Source: Klebsormidium nitens (lineage: Eukaryota > Plantae > Klebsormidiophyceae). Taken from it: a stretch of DNA of 64,000 bases. Position numbers and translations under genes: made by a program. A model generated the notes under the pieces. That model was not told where the DNA came from, did no database searches, and saw only the letters and a program-made list of their open reading frames with translations. Below, in pieces: positions 53,505-63,700 of this stretch. The number at the start of each line of letters is the position of its first letter. Within the stretch, counting starts at the first letter, position 1. The stretch is taken from assembly GCA_000708835.1 (NCBI GenBank), contig DF237136.1, forward strand, positions 94,956-158,955, in the 5' to 3' direction.

Positions 53505-53796
53505 CATGTATTTGCTAATCTGCCTTCTCGCCAAAAAGTCGTACTACAAACGTAAATGGGTTTTCCTCTAAGTTACCAAAAAAGAATCGGAGGAAATTGT
53601 GCAAAGTTCTAGTAGTATACAATTCTTTGGATCTTCCTCGATCAGATAAGGAAATACATGTACACATAATTCCTTGAAACCAACCATAATATCATTAGTG
53701 GTATGGCCTTATGTATGCCATGTATTTGCTGATCTGCCTTGGATCTGAAGTTCTCCCAAAGAGTCGTATACTACAAATGCGAAAGGGTTTTCCTCT
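53505..53796. repeat. Diverged direct repeat pair (about 66-78 bp)
   Basis: CATGTATTTGCTrATCTGCCTT...AGTCGTA..CTACAAA..GGGTTTTCCTCT at 53505-53570 and 53719-53796. Confidence 0.7.
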
Positions 53797-54291
53797 TTAA
53801 CTCGAAATCTCTAGCCCAACTGTTATTCGACGGCTACTCGTGGCTGGTCTTAGCTATATGATCTCAGCTTTCGGCAAACAAACTGTGCACCGAAAGAGCC
53901 ATAAATAGCTAGATCTCTGACGAATATAAGCCATTTAGGTAGAAAACATGAAAATTAGCTGTATATAATAGCATTCTCACTTTCCATAGTGTGCCCCAAT
54001 GCTCCCCCAAGGGCCTGGGGGCTCTATAATGTGACTACACTAAGGGCGTTATCATACCAATCGGGAAGTTGCGATCGGAGTATCATGATATTGTGCGGCT
54101 TGTATTATATAAGCCCAATGTCAAGCTTCCAAGCTCAAGTTCCCCTCAAGCCCCAGCTCTAAGCCCTGTACAGATTCTGCACTCCACCGTTACCTTTTTC
54201 CCCTCTGAAACGAAACGATCCCCTAAGCTAAGTACGGGGCAGGGGTTTTTCCTAGGTTTTCTAACGGGCGGTGTACCTTGCATACATTTTA

Positions 54292-54540
54292 CCGTACCGC
54301 CAAGGGAATTCGCCACCTTTTGGTGCGAAAAGTTAATTTCGTTCGTTTTGAGGTTTCACCCGACGCGTTGAGAATTTATTTTACATTTCGCACAAAGGAT
54401 GCCTTGCAAAACAGGACTTTTCGCCATTTTGAGGTAATTCTTTAGTTTCGCCTTTTCGCAGTTAGGGTCCCATTTACTTTCTAACTTTTCGCACCGACCC
54501 CAAAATATTTATTTTCAGGCGATATCCCTTGGCAGTACGG
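54292..54540. mobile_element. MITE (249 bp), Tc1/mariner-like (TA target duplication)
   Basis: TA|CCGTACCGCCAAGGGAATTCGCC ... GGCGATATCCCTTGGCAGTACGG|TA. The 23-bp TIRs have 3 mismatches; the interior is AT-rich and non-coding. Confidence 0.8.
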
Positions 54541-57067
54541 TACTGGATGTTCACAGTCACACAGCACGGTCATTGTGACCCGGCCGGGTCAATTTCGACT
54601 CTTCTACGCCGACCGGCCATCCTTACAAACCGTTGTCTTTGTACAAATCCGTCCGATAAAAAAAAAAAACGGTCGTTTAGCTACAAACACCCTCGGTTAT
54701 GCTTTAGACAAGGCCCGAGCAGCGCTCGAATTGGCATCTCGTAAGCCTCGTGTTTGTAAGTGTGTCGGTATAGGCTCGGATTCGTCGTGAGTTAATAGAG
54801 AAGCAGACATCTTCAGAGGCAACAGGGAGGGGGCAGGGAGGCAACAATTGTATGCCATGAGAAGATGAGAAGCCTATGGCCACACTGGCTACTACGGCGG
54901 TACGAAAAGAGACCACATCATCCTTGTACTCGCCACGTACTCGCCGTATGCCACCAAATACTAGCCAACAGAGCGTTGTTGAAGAACCGCAGGAACCCGC
55001 CTCTATCTCCTTGCACCACATTGAAAGTTGAAAAAGATTCGCCCGCAGGATGAGGCAGTCAAATCCGTCGATATTTGCATCTACGGTGCGCGCAGCCCTC
55101 AGCCAATTTCAAGAGATTCGATGGTGTCAAGATTTAATCCTGCCCACCCTGTACAGAAATCGCGAGACAAGTACACTTTTATGTACACTTTCTGACCGCC
55201 GCACGCAGCAAATATCGAATATGTGACACATGGCGCGTGATAAAGTCCACACTTGTATCAGACTGGCAGAAAATATTGTCGGACCGTACGGTCGACCAAA
55301 TTTTACGGTATAACCTCTACGGTAAATGTTAGTTAAGCTCGCCGTTGCGCGCTGCAACGAAATTCCTACGCTGTACCTTGAAGAGGACTCCATCGATTCA
55401 AACTCGGTGGTGTACTCAAGCCTGCGAGTTGGGCGAAATCTGCTCGGCCGGTCAGGAATGGCGCGGTAAGTTACGGACCGGGAACAAACTGCAGCCTACG
55501 TGACGACTGTTATAGTGCCCGGTTTATTAGCCGGTAGCTAGATTAGGTCCCGGCATCCAAGAATGTTCGCTCAGCCGCCTTTCAACACCAAGGTTCCGAC
55601 CCAGGGCACCTGTCGCTCGCGCATTGGATCTTATCCTGCGATCGTATCTTGCCAAAAGTCTCCGATCACTTCTCCATCAAGCAACCGGGCACTTTTAGAG
55701 GCGGGTCTGTACGTGACATTCTTCAACAACGCTTGGCAAAGGCTTGTAGGTTGTCATGGCATACACACGTTTTTGTGTGGGTCCTTATAATCTGAATCGA
55801 CCCGAAATCGATTCAACGTCAATGAAGTCGACTATAAGGACAACAAATAAACACGTGTGTCTGCTGTGAGAAGCCTATAGCCTATCAATCCACGGTGAGT
55901 AAGAAATAAGATCATCATACAAGCGCGCAGCAACCCATAGCACGCCTCGAATTGACGGATGGAGAACAGCATGAAGAAAGCACAATTTCCACATATAATA
56001 GTCGCAAGGATATACAACTCGCATCCATGCAGCCTTGCATTTGCATTCAGTGAAGTCAAATCCACCATTGGGGCCTCGGAATCATCACGCTTTTAATCAA
56101 GGTTTAGCTAACTTCCGTCTCCCGGGCGTCTAGCCTAAGTGAAATGGCTCTTAAGTGAAATGGGAGTTACCAGAATCTTTGTGCACTCAGCAATCAGGCT
56201 TCTGGTCGAAGCCGTCCTAAGCGCCACTAACTCCTGTTTAAGATGGTCAGAAGCGATCAATCTCTTGCGTCTCTACTAATTAAGTTGTTAACGCCCCCAT
56301 AACGCTGTCTGAAGGCCAACAAGTGGCGCGCTTCGACGGCTTGGAACATCAAGTTACAAAGTTACAGGGACGGCGCTCAGGATCCAAAGGGCGATTAGCG
56401 GTACCGTTGCTTCCCTTCTGAGCAATATCGAATCGGAAAGGCGGGTGGCGCTTATGGTGCGAAGCGCATCAACGATTGTGGACAGCGAGCGAAACTGGTT
56501 CGGCTTTTCAGGGCTCCGATTGATTCCGTGACAGCCTAAGTAGGATTCCTCAACGCTATGTCATGGCAGGAAAGATTTTTTCCAAGCATCGAGACCTCTG
56601 TTCAGATAGATGTATTGTCTCAGGGGATGTACTAGCAGGTCCGATGAGTCGAGAGTGAAGAACGTCAGAGAGAAACGAGAGCAAGCCTACTATCCGGGTT
56701 AGTAGTCTCGTTTGCGCTCTTCGACGATTGCCAGCGGTTAGATGATAGCCCAACACTTGATACGTTTGCACGGCAACTCAGAGCACGCGAGCCAGCTTGA
56801 GCCATGTGCCAATTGAAAGCCTTCAGATTTGTTAAATCACGGGCCCCGGCCGCGCGATGTCATTAATGCATCATGCAGTGATCCATCACCACCCGGCCGG
56901 CGCGCGTTGCATGTGCTTGTGCCAATCCGTTATACTAGCCTAGACGATCAAGCAGAGTCCTAGGCTTTGGCAGTGCCACGGTGCCCGCATTCTGCGGGGC
57001 GGCCGGCCATACATATGCACTTACTCATGGTGGACGTGCCGCACCCTTTCGTGCAATCACACGAGGA

Positions 57068-57145
57068 CAGATCCGGTTATCCACGCTATCCAGATCCACG
57101 CTATCCACGCTATCCAGATCCACGCTATCCACGTTATCCAGATCC
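57068..57145. repeat. Minisatellite of about three 24-bp units built from ATCCACGCT and ATCCAG subunits
   Basis: ..CCACGCTATCCAGATCCACGCTATCCACGCTATCCAGATCCACGCTATCCACGTTATCCAGATCC.. Confidence 0.85.
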
Positions 57146-57554
57146 GGGGCCTGGCCGCGGCCCACTGCGCATAATCTACACATAAACTCATGTCCTGCCT
57201 GCGGGATTATGAGGGCGAATCAATTGCAGGATGGCAACCGGCAAGCGACAGATAAGTGACAGGCAACAATAAATTCAGAAGAGGGCCAGAACACGCGCAT
57301 CGACTTGCAACCTGCTGGGTAAGCCAATTGGCCTTGTCTTTACCAAAGCAAGCACAATTCATACAATGCTTCTTGGTCTAGCTCCCGGATACTAAAGCTC
57401 CATTCTTCAATGTCCAGCGTCATACTCGTTTGGATGTCTGAAGAAGATACAAGTCCATTGGAGCAACAAGCTTGTGTGGTATGCATCCAGAGTTGATTTG
57501 AACCTGGTTTGACGTGAACCTGCTCATCGACCTGACCCCAAGTTACTTGAGCAC

Positions 57555-59143
57555 CTACAGGCAGTCTAGGAATTCCAACAACATGCCAGACCCTCTCTCA
57601 GGCGAGAGCGTCCAACCTTCGAGGGAACTTGTCTGCTGGACGAGCTTGCCGTGACGTGAGTCTCCACTCGCAGCGCTTTCAATCAGCTCCCATCCGCACG
57701 ACACCGCCGCTGTCTTGTAGCCACTCTCGCCCCCCCCTTCTTCTGCCAGTCCCCCCTGCGCGGCAATAGCACTGAGCAATCGGATATGCTTTAGCGCGAG
57801 GCTCTCGCGCTGCCTCTCCTCTCGCCTTCTCTTCTGCTCCTCGGTCAGCACCACTCCCAGCTCGTCCGAGCTGCTTATGAATGACTCCTCGTCTTCCGAG
57901 AATTCCTCGCTTCCGCCATCCTCAACGCTGGTGGCAACTGACTCCACGTCCTCCTCCACTGACCACTCCTTCTTAGCAACCACGTTCCGGACGATTTCAT
58001 CGTCCTCGGCAACCGTCCCTGGCTTTCGTTTTCTGGCCCCCGTGCTTGACTGCTTGCCTTGCCCCCCCCCCGATGGTGCTTTGCGTGACCGCATCCAGTA
58101 GCAGCCGGGCTGGATTTCCGGTTCTTGGGCCTCGGGTGCAGACTCTGAGACTGTCGCAAGGTATCCCCCTGCTCCAGGAGGCGCGTTCGACGGGGGCTTC
58201 TTGGTTGACGGGGGGGGTTTGTTCGAAGCGCTCGACAAAGAGGCCCCTTTCCGTTTTTTGGAAGAGAACCGCCGCAGCCCCGTGAGGTCTCCTGCTGCTA
58301 GATCCTCCGGCACTTCCGCTTCCGCGTCGGTTGCGAGGAGTTTGCAGAAGGGCGCATACTTCTCTACCAACCCGGCGAGAGCTAAAATTGCTTCACTCGT
58401 CGGCCCTCTCTTCCTGCTCAACATCCTGAGACTCTTAAACCAGATGAGTTCCATCTCTTGGTGCTGCCCTACTGCTGCGTAAACTCGAAACCGTGATTGC
58501 GCTTGTATCAAGAGCAGCTCTCCCACGGTTTGGGTAAACTTTGCTGAGATTGCGTCAACGATCGACTTGTCGGGCAGCGGGGTGAAATGTACAAGCTCTA
58601 TAAGTGCGTATACATGCTGCAACATTGCAGTGCTGATGGACCTGCAAGAGAATGCGAGGATTACGTAAGAACAAGCCAAGAGCCTAGGACAGAATTGCTC
58701 AAAAGGGATGAAGCTAGCTGATTCCGGAGACATTGAATTCAGAAACCCTGAGCAACCACCTAGTCTGACTGCACGTTTAGATGCACTTGTCTGTGGTGCT
58801 GAACCATAAAACGGGAGCAACCATCTGAACTGACTGCATTTCTTTGTGCAGTGTGCGAAAGTTTTCCTAGATAGCAAAAGCAAGAGCTGCCGAGCTCATG
58901 GCCAAGCTTCACCTCTTGAGGTGGGACTTGACCATCTCCAATGATGCACTCCTAGCCATTGTCAGAAGGTACAGAGTTGGAGGACGCAGGAACTCACCCA
59001 ATGAATGATGGGCATACCACCATGTCGCAATTCCCAGTCACTCGCAGCGCCACCCCTAGCAGACGCAGGCCCCCGTCCCCCCCCGGTGTTCCGAACAGGT
59101 CACTGTTGTGCAGAGTCGCGCGGTCGGGGTTCAGATTTTGCAT
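57555..59143 (-). CDS. Hypothetical protein: helical N-terminal part, basic NLS-like patches and acidic tract; boundaries uncertain
   Basis: A 1.3-kb stop-free frame (57555-58883) has an internal acceptor TTGCAG|G at ~58641. It joins in phase to an upstream exon (..EMVKSHLKR|gt). The start is either ATG 58959 or, via a short 46-nt intron, ATG ~59143. A further small 3' exon near 57340-57440 is possible. Confidence 0.6.
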
Positions 59144-59234
59144 CGCGGTCGCGCGAGTCGCGCGCCGCGCGGCCTGGCGTACTCTTAACGGTATGCGAGG
59201 TTTAGACAGCTTCGCAATACATCCGTTACTTCTA

Positions 59235-59390
59235 TGATACAAGTTGGACTTGTGTCAAGGTCACAAGGGGTCCATGAAGGGCTGGAACGTTTAAGATATA
59301 ATCTTTACCGTTCATATGTCGGTTGCACATTCACATGATCCATGTGATTTATTAGCCAATGAAGCGCTAGTACTTCATGTGATCGTTTCA
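59235..59390 (+). repeat. Putative short 5' LTR (156 bp)
   Basis: Ends TTTCA one base before the PBS. The proposed start TGATAC matches the reverse complement of the end (TGAAAC) at 5/6. The 3' LTR is outside the window, so the left boundary is unconfirmed. Confidence 0.45.
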
Positions 59391-59391
59391 A

Positions 59392-59402
59392 TGGTATCAG
59401 AG
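59392..59402 (+). other. Primer-binding site complementary to the 3' end of tRNA-iMet
   Basis: TGGTATCAGAG immediately after CA+A; this is the standard plant LTR-element Met PBS. Confidence 0.88.
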
Positions 59403-59501
59403 GCAACACGTGTCTACGTGAAGCTTTCTTTCCCCAAGTGAGTAGTGGGCTCAAGAAAGAGTGGATTTTGTTCAGACTTGCTTTCCTCCGGATTTCAAGA
59501 C

Positions 59502-60725
59502 ATGATGGCGAGCAACTCAGCAGGGACAGTCAGGGAAAGGGATCAGATGCATCCGGATGACCAGCTCGCTGAAGCGATTCGCAGGTCTGCTGAGGAGCAA
59601 CGTCAGAAGATGCAGGAAGATTACCGGGAGGAATATGAGAGGGCTGAACAGGAAAGGCGTCAGCAATTGGAAGCCGAGGCAAAGGCCAAGGCTGACGCGG
59701 AAGCTAGGCTGCAGGCCTTGCCTGACCTGCCAGAGGCAGAACGCCTGGAAGCGGTACTGAAAGAGAATGTGGAGCTCCAAGGCTCAATGTCTCAGATGAG
59801 AGAGGAGCTGAATGCTTTGAAGCTGCAAGGTCAGCCTGTGACTGTGGAAAAGTCCACAGCCCCTACTCATAAGCCTCAGTATCAGTTCAAGAAGCCCACA
59901 GAGTTCTCTGGAGAGGGAAAGTCTGACATTCGGGCTTGGCTGAGAGGGCTGGACAGGTACCTAGATGGCACTAAGTGTCCTGACAATGAGCGTCTGGCTG
60001 TAGCTATCTCCTATCTCGATGGCAAGGCGCGCGAGTTTTGGGACAGCAGGGAGCAACTCCTCAAGATGAGTGAGCAGGTGAACGGTGGGCAGGAACCCAT
60101 TCTCACCATGGAGCACTTCAAGGTCTCTATGATTGCTGCGTTTGGTGGGGTTGACCCTATCACCCAGGCTTGGAATGAGTATGAGAATCTTAAGCAGGGC
60201 AAGCAGGGCAAGCAGTCTATGGAAGAGTACGTCAGGGCCACAGAGGCTTTGGTGGCTAAGCTTGGACCTCTGAACGGACCGTCCGAGATGGACAAGATCC
60301 AGAGGTTCAAAGCAGGTGTTCACTCAGACATGCGGACCAAGGTGGCCACACGTTTGGACGGATCTCGTTGGACCAGCTTTGCGGAGCTCGTCCAGTTCAG
60401 CGTCGGTGTGTGGCAGGCCATCAAGCAGGCTCCGTCCCCTCCGGAAGAGACTGGACACCCTCGCACGTTCAACAAGAAGCGCAAGCAGGGGGAGCGCTCT
60501 GATGACGTGGCAAGCGCAAGGAGCAACGGGACCAAGAAGCAGAAGGCCAAGTCTGGTGGTAGTGCAGGAGGTAGCAAGAACGGCAAGCCTCAGCATAACT
60601 ACCGTCAGATGTCGGATGAGCAGAAGAAGAAGTTGCAGACTGAGAAGAAGTGCTTCTTGTGCGAGAAGCTAGGGCACTTCGCTAGGGACTGCCCTACTGC
60701 AGAGAAGAAGAAGCAGGAAAACTAG
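59502..60725 (+). CDS. gag: Retrotransposon Gag with C-terminal CCHC zinc knuckle
   Basis: KKPTEFSGEG..IRAWL..YL..AISYLDGKAREFW capsid-like region, LKQGK..MEEY, and CFLCEKLGHFARDC. Confidence 0.93.
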   Translation: MMASNSAGTVRERDQMHPDDQLAEAIRRSAEEQRQKMQEDYREEYERAEQERRQQLEAEAKAKADAEARLQALPDLPEAERLEAVLKENVELQGSMSQMREELNALKLQGQPVTVEKSTAPTHKPQYQFKKPTEFSGEGKSDIRAWLRGLDRYLDGTKCPDNERLAVAISYLDGKAREFWDSREQLLKMSEQVNGGQEPILTMEHFKVSMIAAFGGVDPITQAWNEYENLKQGKQGKQSMEEYVRATEALVAKLGPLNGPSEMDKIQRFKAGVHSDMRTKVATRLDGSRWTSFAELVQFSVGVWQAIKQAPSPPEETGHPRTFNKKRKQGERSDDVASARSNGTKKQKAKSGGSAGGSKNGKPQHNYRQMSDEQKKKLQTEKKCFLCEKLGHFARDCPTAEKKKQEN

Positions 60726-60757
60726 ATGGTCTAAGTACAAGCGAACGGTGCTTAGAC
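60716..60757 (+). promoter_or_regulatory. Predicted programmed -1 ribosomal frameshift signal (slippery heptamer plus hairpin)
   Basis: G_GAA_AAC at 60716-60722 just before the gag TAG, a 6-nt spacer, then stem GTCTAAGTAC (60729-60738) / GTGCTTAGAC (60748-60757). Pol is in the -1 frame and open across the site. Confidence 0.8.
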
Positions 60758-63700
60758 GAGAAACGATCTGTAGAACTTGACCTTGTGAACACTGACTTTG
60801 TATTGCTGGAAAGGATTACTGGAAGGAAGTTTGACTTCGGTGTCCTGCATTCAAAGTCTGATGATTACATGGCCACAGATTGGAGTTCGCAAGAGTCTTT
60901 GCAAGATGTAAAGATTGAGGGCAAACATGTATGGCTGAATGCAAAGAATGCATCCACCTTAAGAATGCTTGCATCTCATGTTATGGAGGCACGAAGGCTT
61001 GCTCCTTTTTCTACTTCTGCTTGTTTGCTGTTGCCAAATGCTGGTTGGCTGCCACAGGGTTTTCCGCAGGGCTGGACTAGGATTCACGCCGTCAGAAAGG
61101 GACAGCTGATTGAGGACCTTGGGGCAAACGGTGAGACGGTAATGGTGCCGTCAAACAGGGTGGTGCAAGTGTATTACCTAGCTCCAACTGCCAATCCTCG
61201 CTCCGAGTTGTCTGAGAAGTTTGATGACTTCAGTCAGACTGTCCGCGTGCCATCTAGTGATGGTGAGACAAATCAAGAAACCGTCGCAGATTCCTCGGTG
61301 ATGCTCAGTGCAATTAGTCTGTCAGGCAGATTGGTCATGCAGATGGCTGGTCGGGTAGCTGGTGCTGATGCCAGTTGTCTTTTTGACAGTGGGTCTGAAG
61401 CAAACGTTATCAGCAAAACGTTTGCGGAAAGGCAAGGGGTGGTTATTCATCCGTCTGTAGGTTCGATTGAGCTTGGGGACAGTCATGTCACATCTCAATC
61501 AGGAACAGCTCAAGTGTTTGTACAGTTTGGAGCTTTTCACAAGTCCGTGCCATGTCTGGTCATCGATAAGTTGTTGGGAGGCGTTGACTTCATCGTGGGA
61601 GATGAATTTATGCGAGCTCAACACTGTATCTTGGACTATGGAAAGTGCAGGGTCACTTTTCAGAAAGGCAGGCGCAAGATTTCGGTGAATCAAGGCGCTC
61701 TAAAATGTGACAAGCTGTCTTCGAAGGTTTCGGAGTCAAAGGCGCCTAAGCTGTTGACGGCCATGCAGGTCAAGAGACGTGTGCGAAAGGGGCAGCACAT
61801 TATGCTTGGAGTTGTCTCAGAGTTTGAGGATCAAAAAGCTGATTCTACAGGACAGCCTGTTGACTCTGTTGATAAAATTTGGGTGAAGGATTTGCAAAGA
61901 GAATTTGCTGACGTCTTCGTCGACCCCCTTCCTCCAGGTTTGCCTCCAGAACGGGAGTATGGCCACACAATTCCAACGGAGGCCGGACATGTGCCACCAT
62001 TCAGGCCCATGTACAGGTTGAGTCCGTTAGAATTGAGAGAGACTAAAGAGCAGCTGGCCCGGTTCCTTGAGCAAGGGATCATCGAACCGAGTAAATCTCC
62101 CTATGGTGCCCCTATCCTATTTGTTCCGAAGCCTAACGGCAGAGGCTTGCGTTTGTGTGTTGATTTTCGTGCTTTGAACTCATTGACCATCAAGAACAGG
62201 TATCCAATTCCTAGGATCGATGATCTATTGGATGCCATCTCAGGAGCGAAGTTCTTTACAAGTATTGACCTGACCTCGGGATACCACCAGATCAGAATCA
62301 CAGAGGAGGATGCGCCAAAGACGGCTTTTCGGACACCTTTTGGTCATTATCAGTTCAAAGTATTGATTGAAGGACTAACAAACGCCCCTGCCACTTTTCA
62401 GACCGTGATGAACAACATCTTCAAGCCCTACCTGCGGGACTTTGTCGTCATTTATCTAGACGACATCTTGGTCTACTCCAAGACGGAAGCCGACCACCAC
62501 AAACATCTACGACTCGTTCTGGAGAAGCTGCGAGAAGAGAAGTTCTACGCATGCTTACAGAAATGTGAGTTTGCCAAACCCGAAATTAAGTTTCTTGGTC
62601 ACATAGTCGGGGCTGAGGGGATTAAGGTTAATCCGGCCAAGATTGCAGCAGTCAATGACTGGTCGCAACCGACCAATGTGCACCAAGTACGTTCTTTCTT
62701 GGGTCTTGCAAACTATTTCAGGAAGTTCATCCAAGATTATGCCAAGCTGGCAACACCGTTAACGGACTTGACTAAGGCAGTTAACCCGTTTATTTGGACA
62801 GCCCAGTGTCAAGACGCTTTTGACGCAATCAAGTGGGCTTTAACGCATGCACCAGTGCTTGCGTCACCTGACGAGTCGCAGAAATATGAAGTAGTGTCCG
62901 ATGCCTCTAGAATTGGTCTGGGAGCTGTTCTAATGCAGAACGGAAGGCCAATAGCGTATGAGAGTCGTAAACTCTCGGGGGCAGAAACTCGGTACACTAC
63001 AGGTGAGCAAGAATTGCTCGGAGTGGTGCACGCGCTGCAGACGTGGCGGTGTTACCTCGAAGGAATACATTTCGTACTCGTTACTGATCATAAACCAAAC
63101 ACCTTCTTTCAGACACAACCAATCTTGTCAAGGCGGCAGGCTCGATGGTCCGAACTGTTGCAGAGATTTGACTATCAGTGGGAATACCGAGCAGGTAGGA
63201 CCAACGTTGCTGATCCTCCCAGTCGTAATCCGGTTGGCCCTGCCTTGGCCACAATTCTTTGGAACTGCAACGGTGAGCCCTCCAGTGATCGGCCAATCAC
63301 AGGTAGGAAACTCTCCCACCATGCCTGCCAAGGAACGTTCACAGCAAACCGTGGAGTTAGACCCTGATCTAACCGACTCCCTGGTTTCTTTGTGTGCGTT
63401 TGATCCGTGGTTAAAGACCGGGTCAAGTCAGCTAACCAAGAATTGGCAAGGTTTGTGGTTTCGGGGTTCCCAGATTAATGTGCCGGACAGTAAGCTGCTA
63501 AAGAAGCAAACATTGAGGAGTTACACGACTCAAAGGTGTCAGGGCACTATGGGATCCACAAAACTCGCCGGTTAGTTGAACGTCTGTTTTGGTGGCCTCA
63601 TCTTCGAAGAGAAGTTGAGCAGTATGTCAGAAATTGTCCGGTATGTCAGTTTGACAAGGCGTCAAATCTGAAGCCTGCCGGCCTTTTACAACCTCTTCCG

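Noticed and set aside
58960-59234. Alternative LTR start at TGTCAG (58960)
   Set aside because: This stretch reads as in-frame exon sequence of the minus-strand gene, and TGATAC at 59235 matches the LTR end better. It cannot be fully excluded without the 3' LTR.
60785-61186. Cytosine (C5) methyltransferase in the retroelement
   Set aside because: No PC catalytic motif or ENV motif; the pattern fits an amino-MTase (NPPF-type) layout instead.
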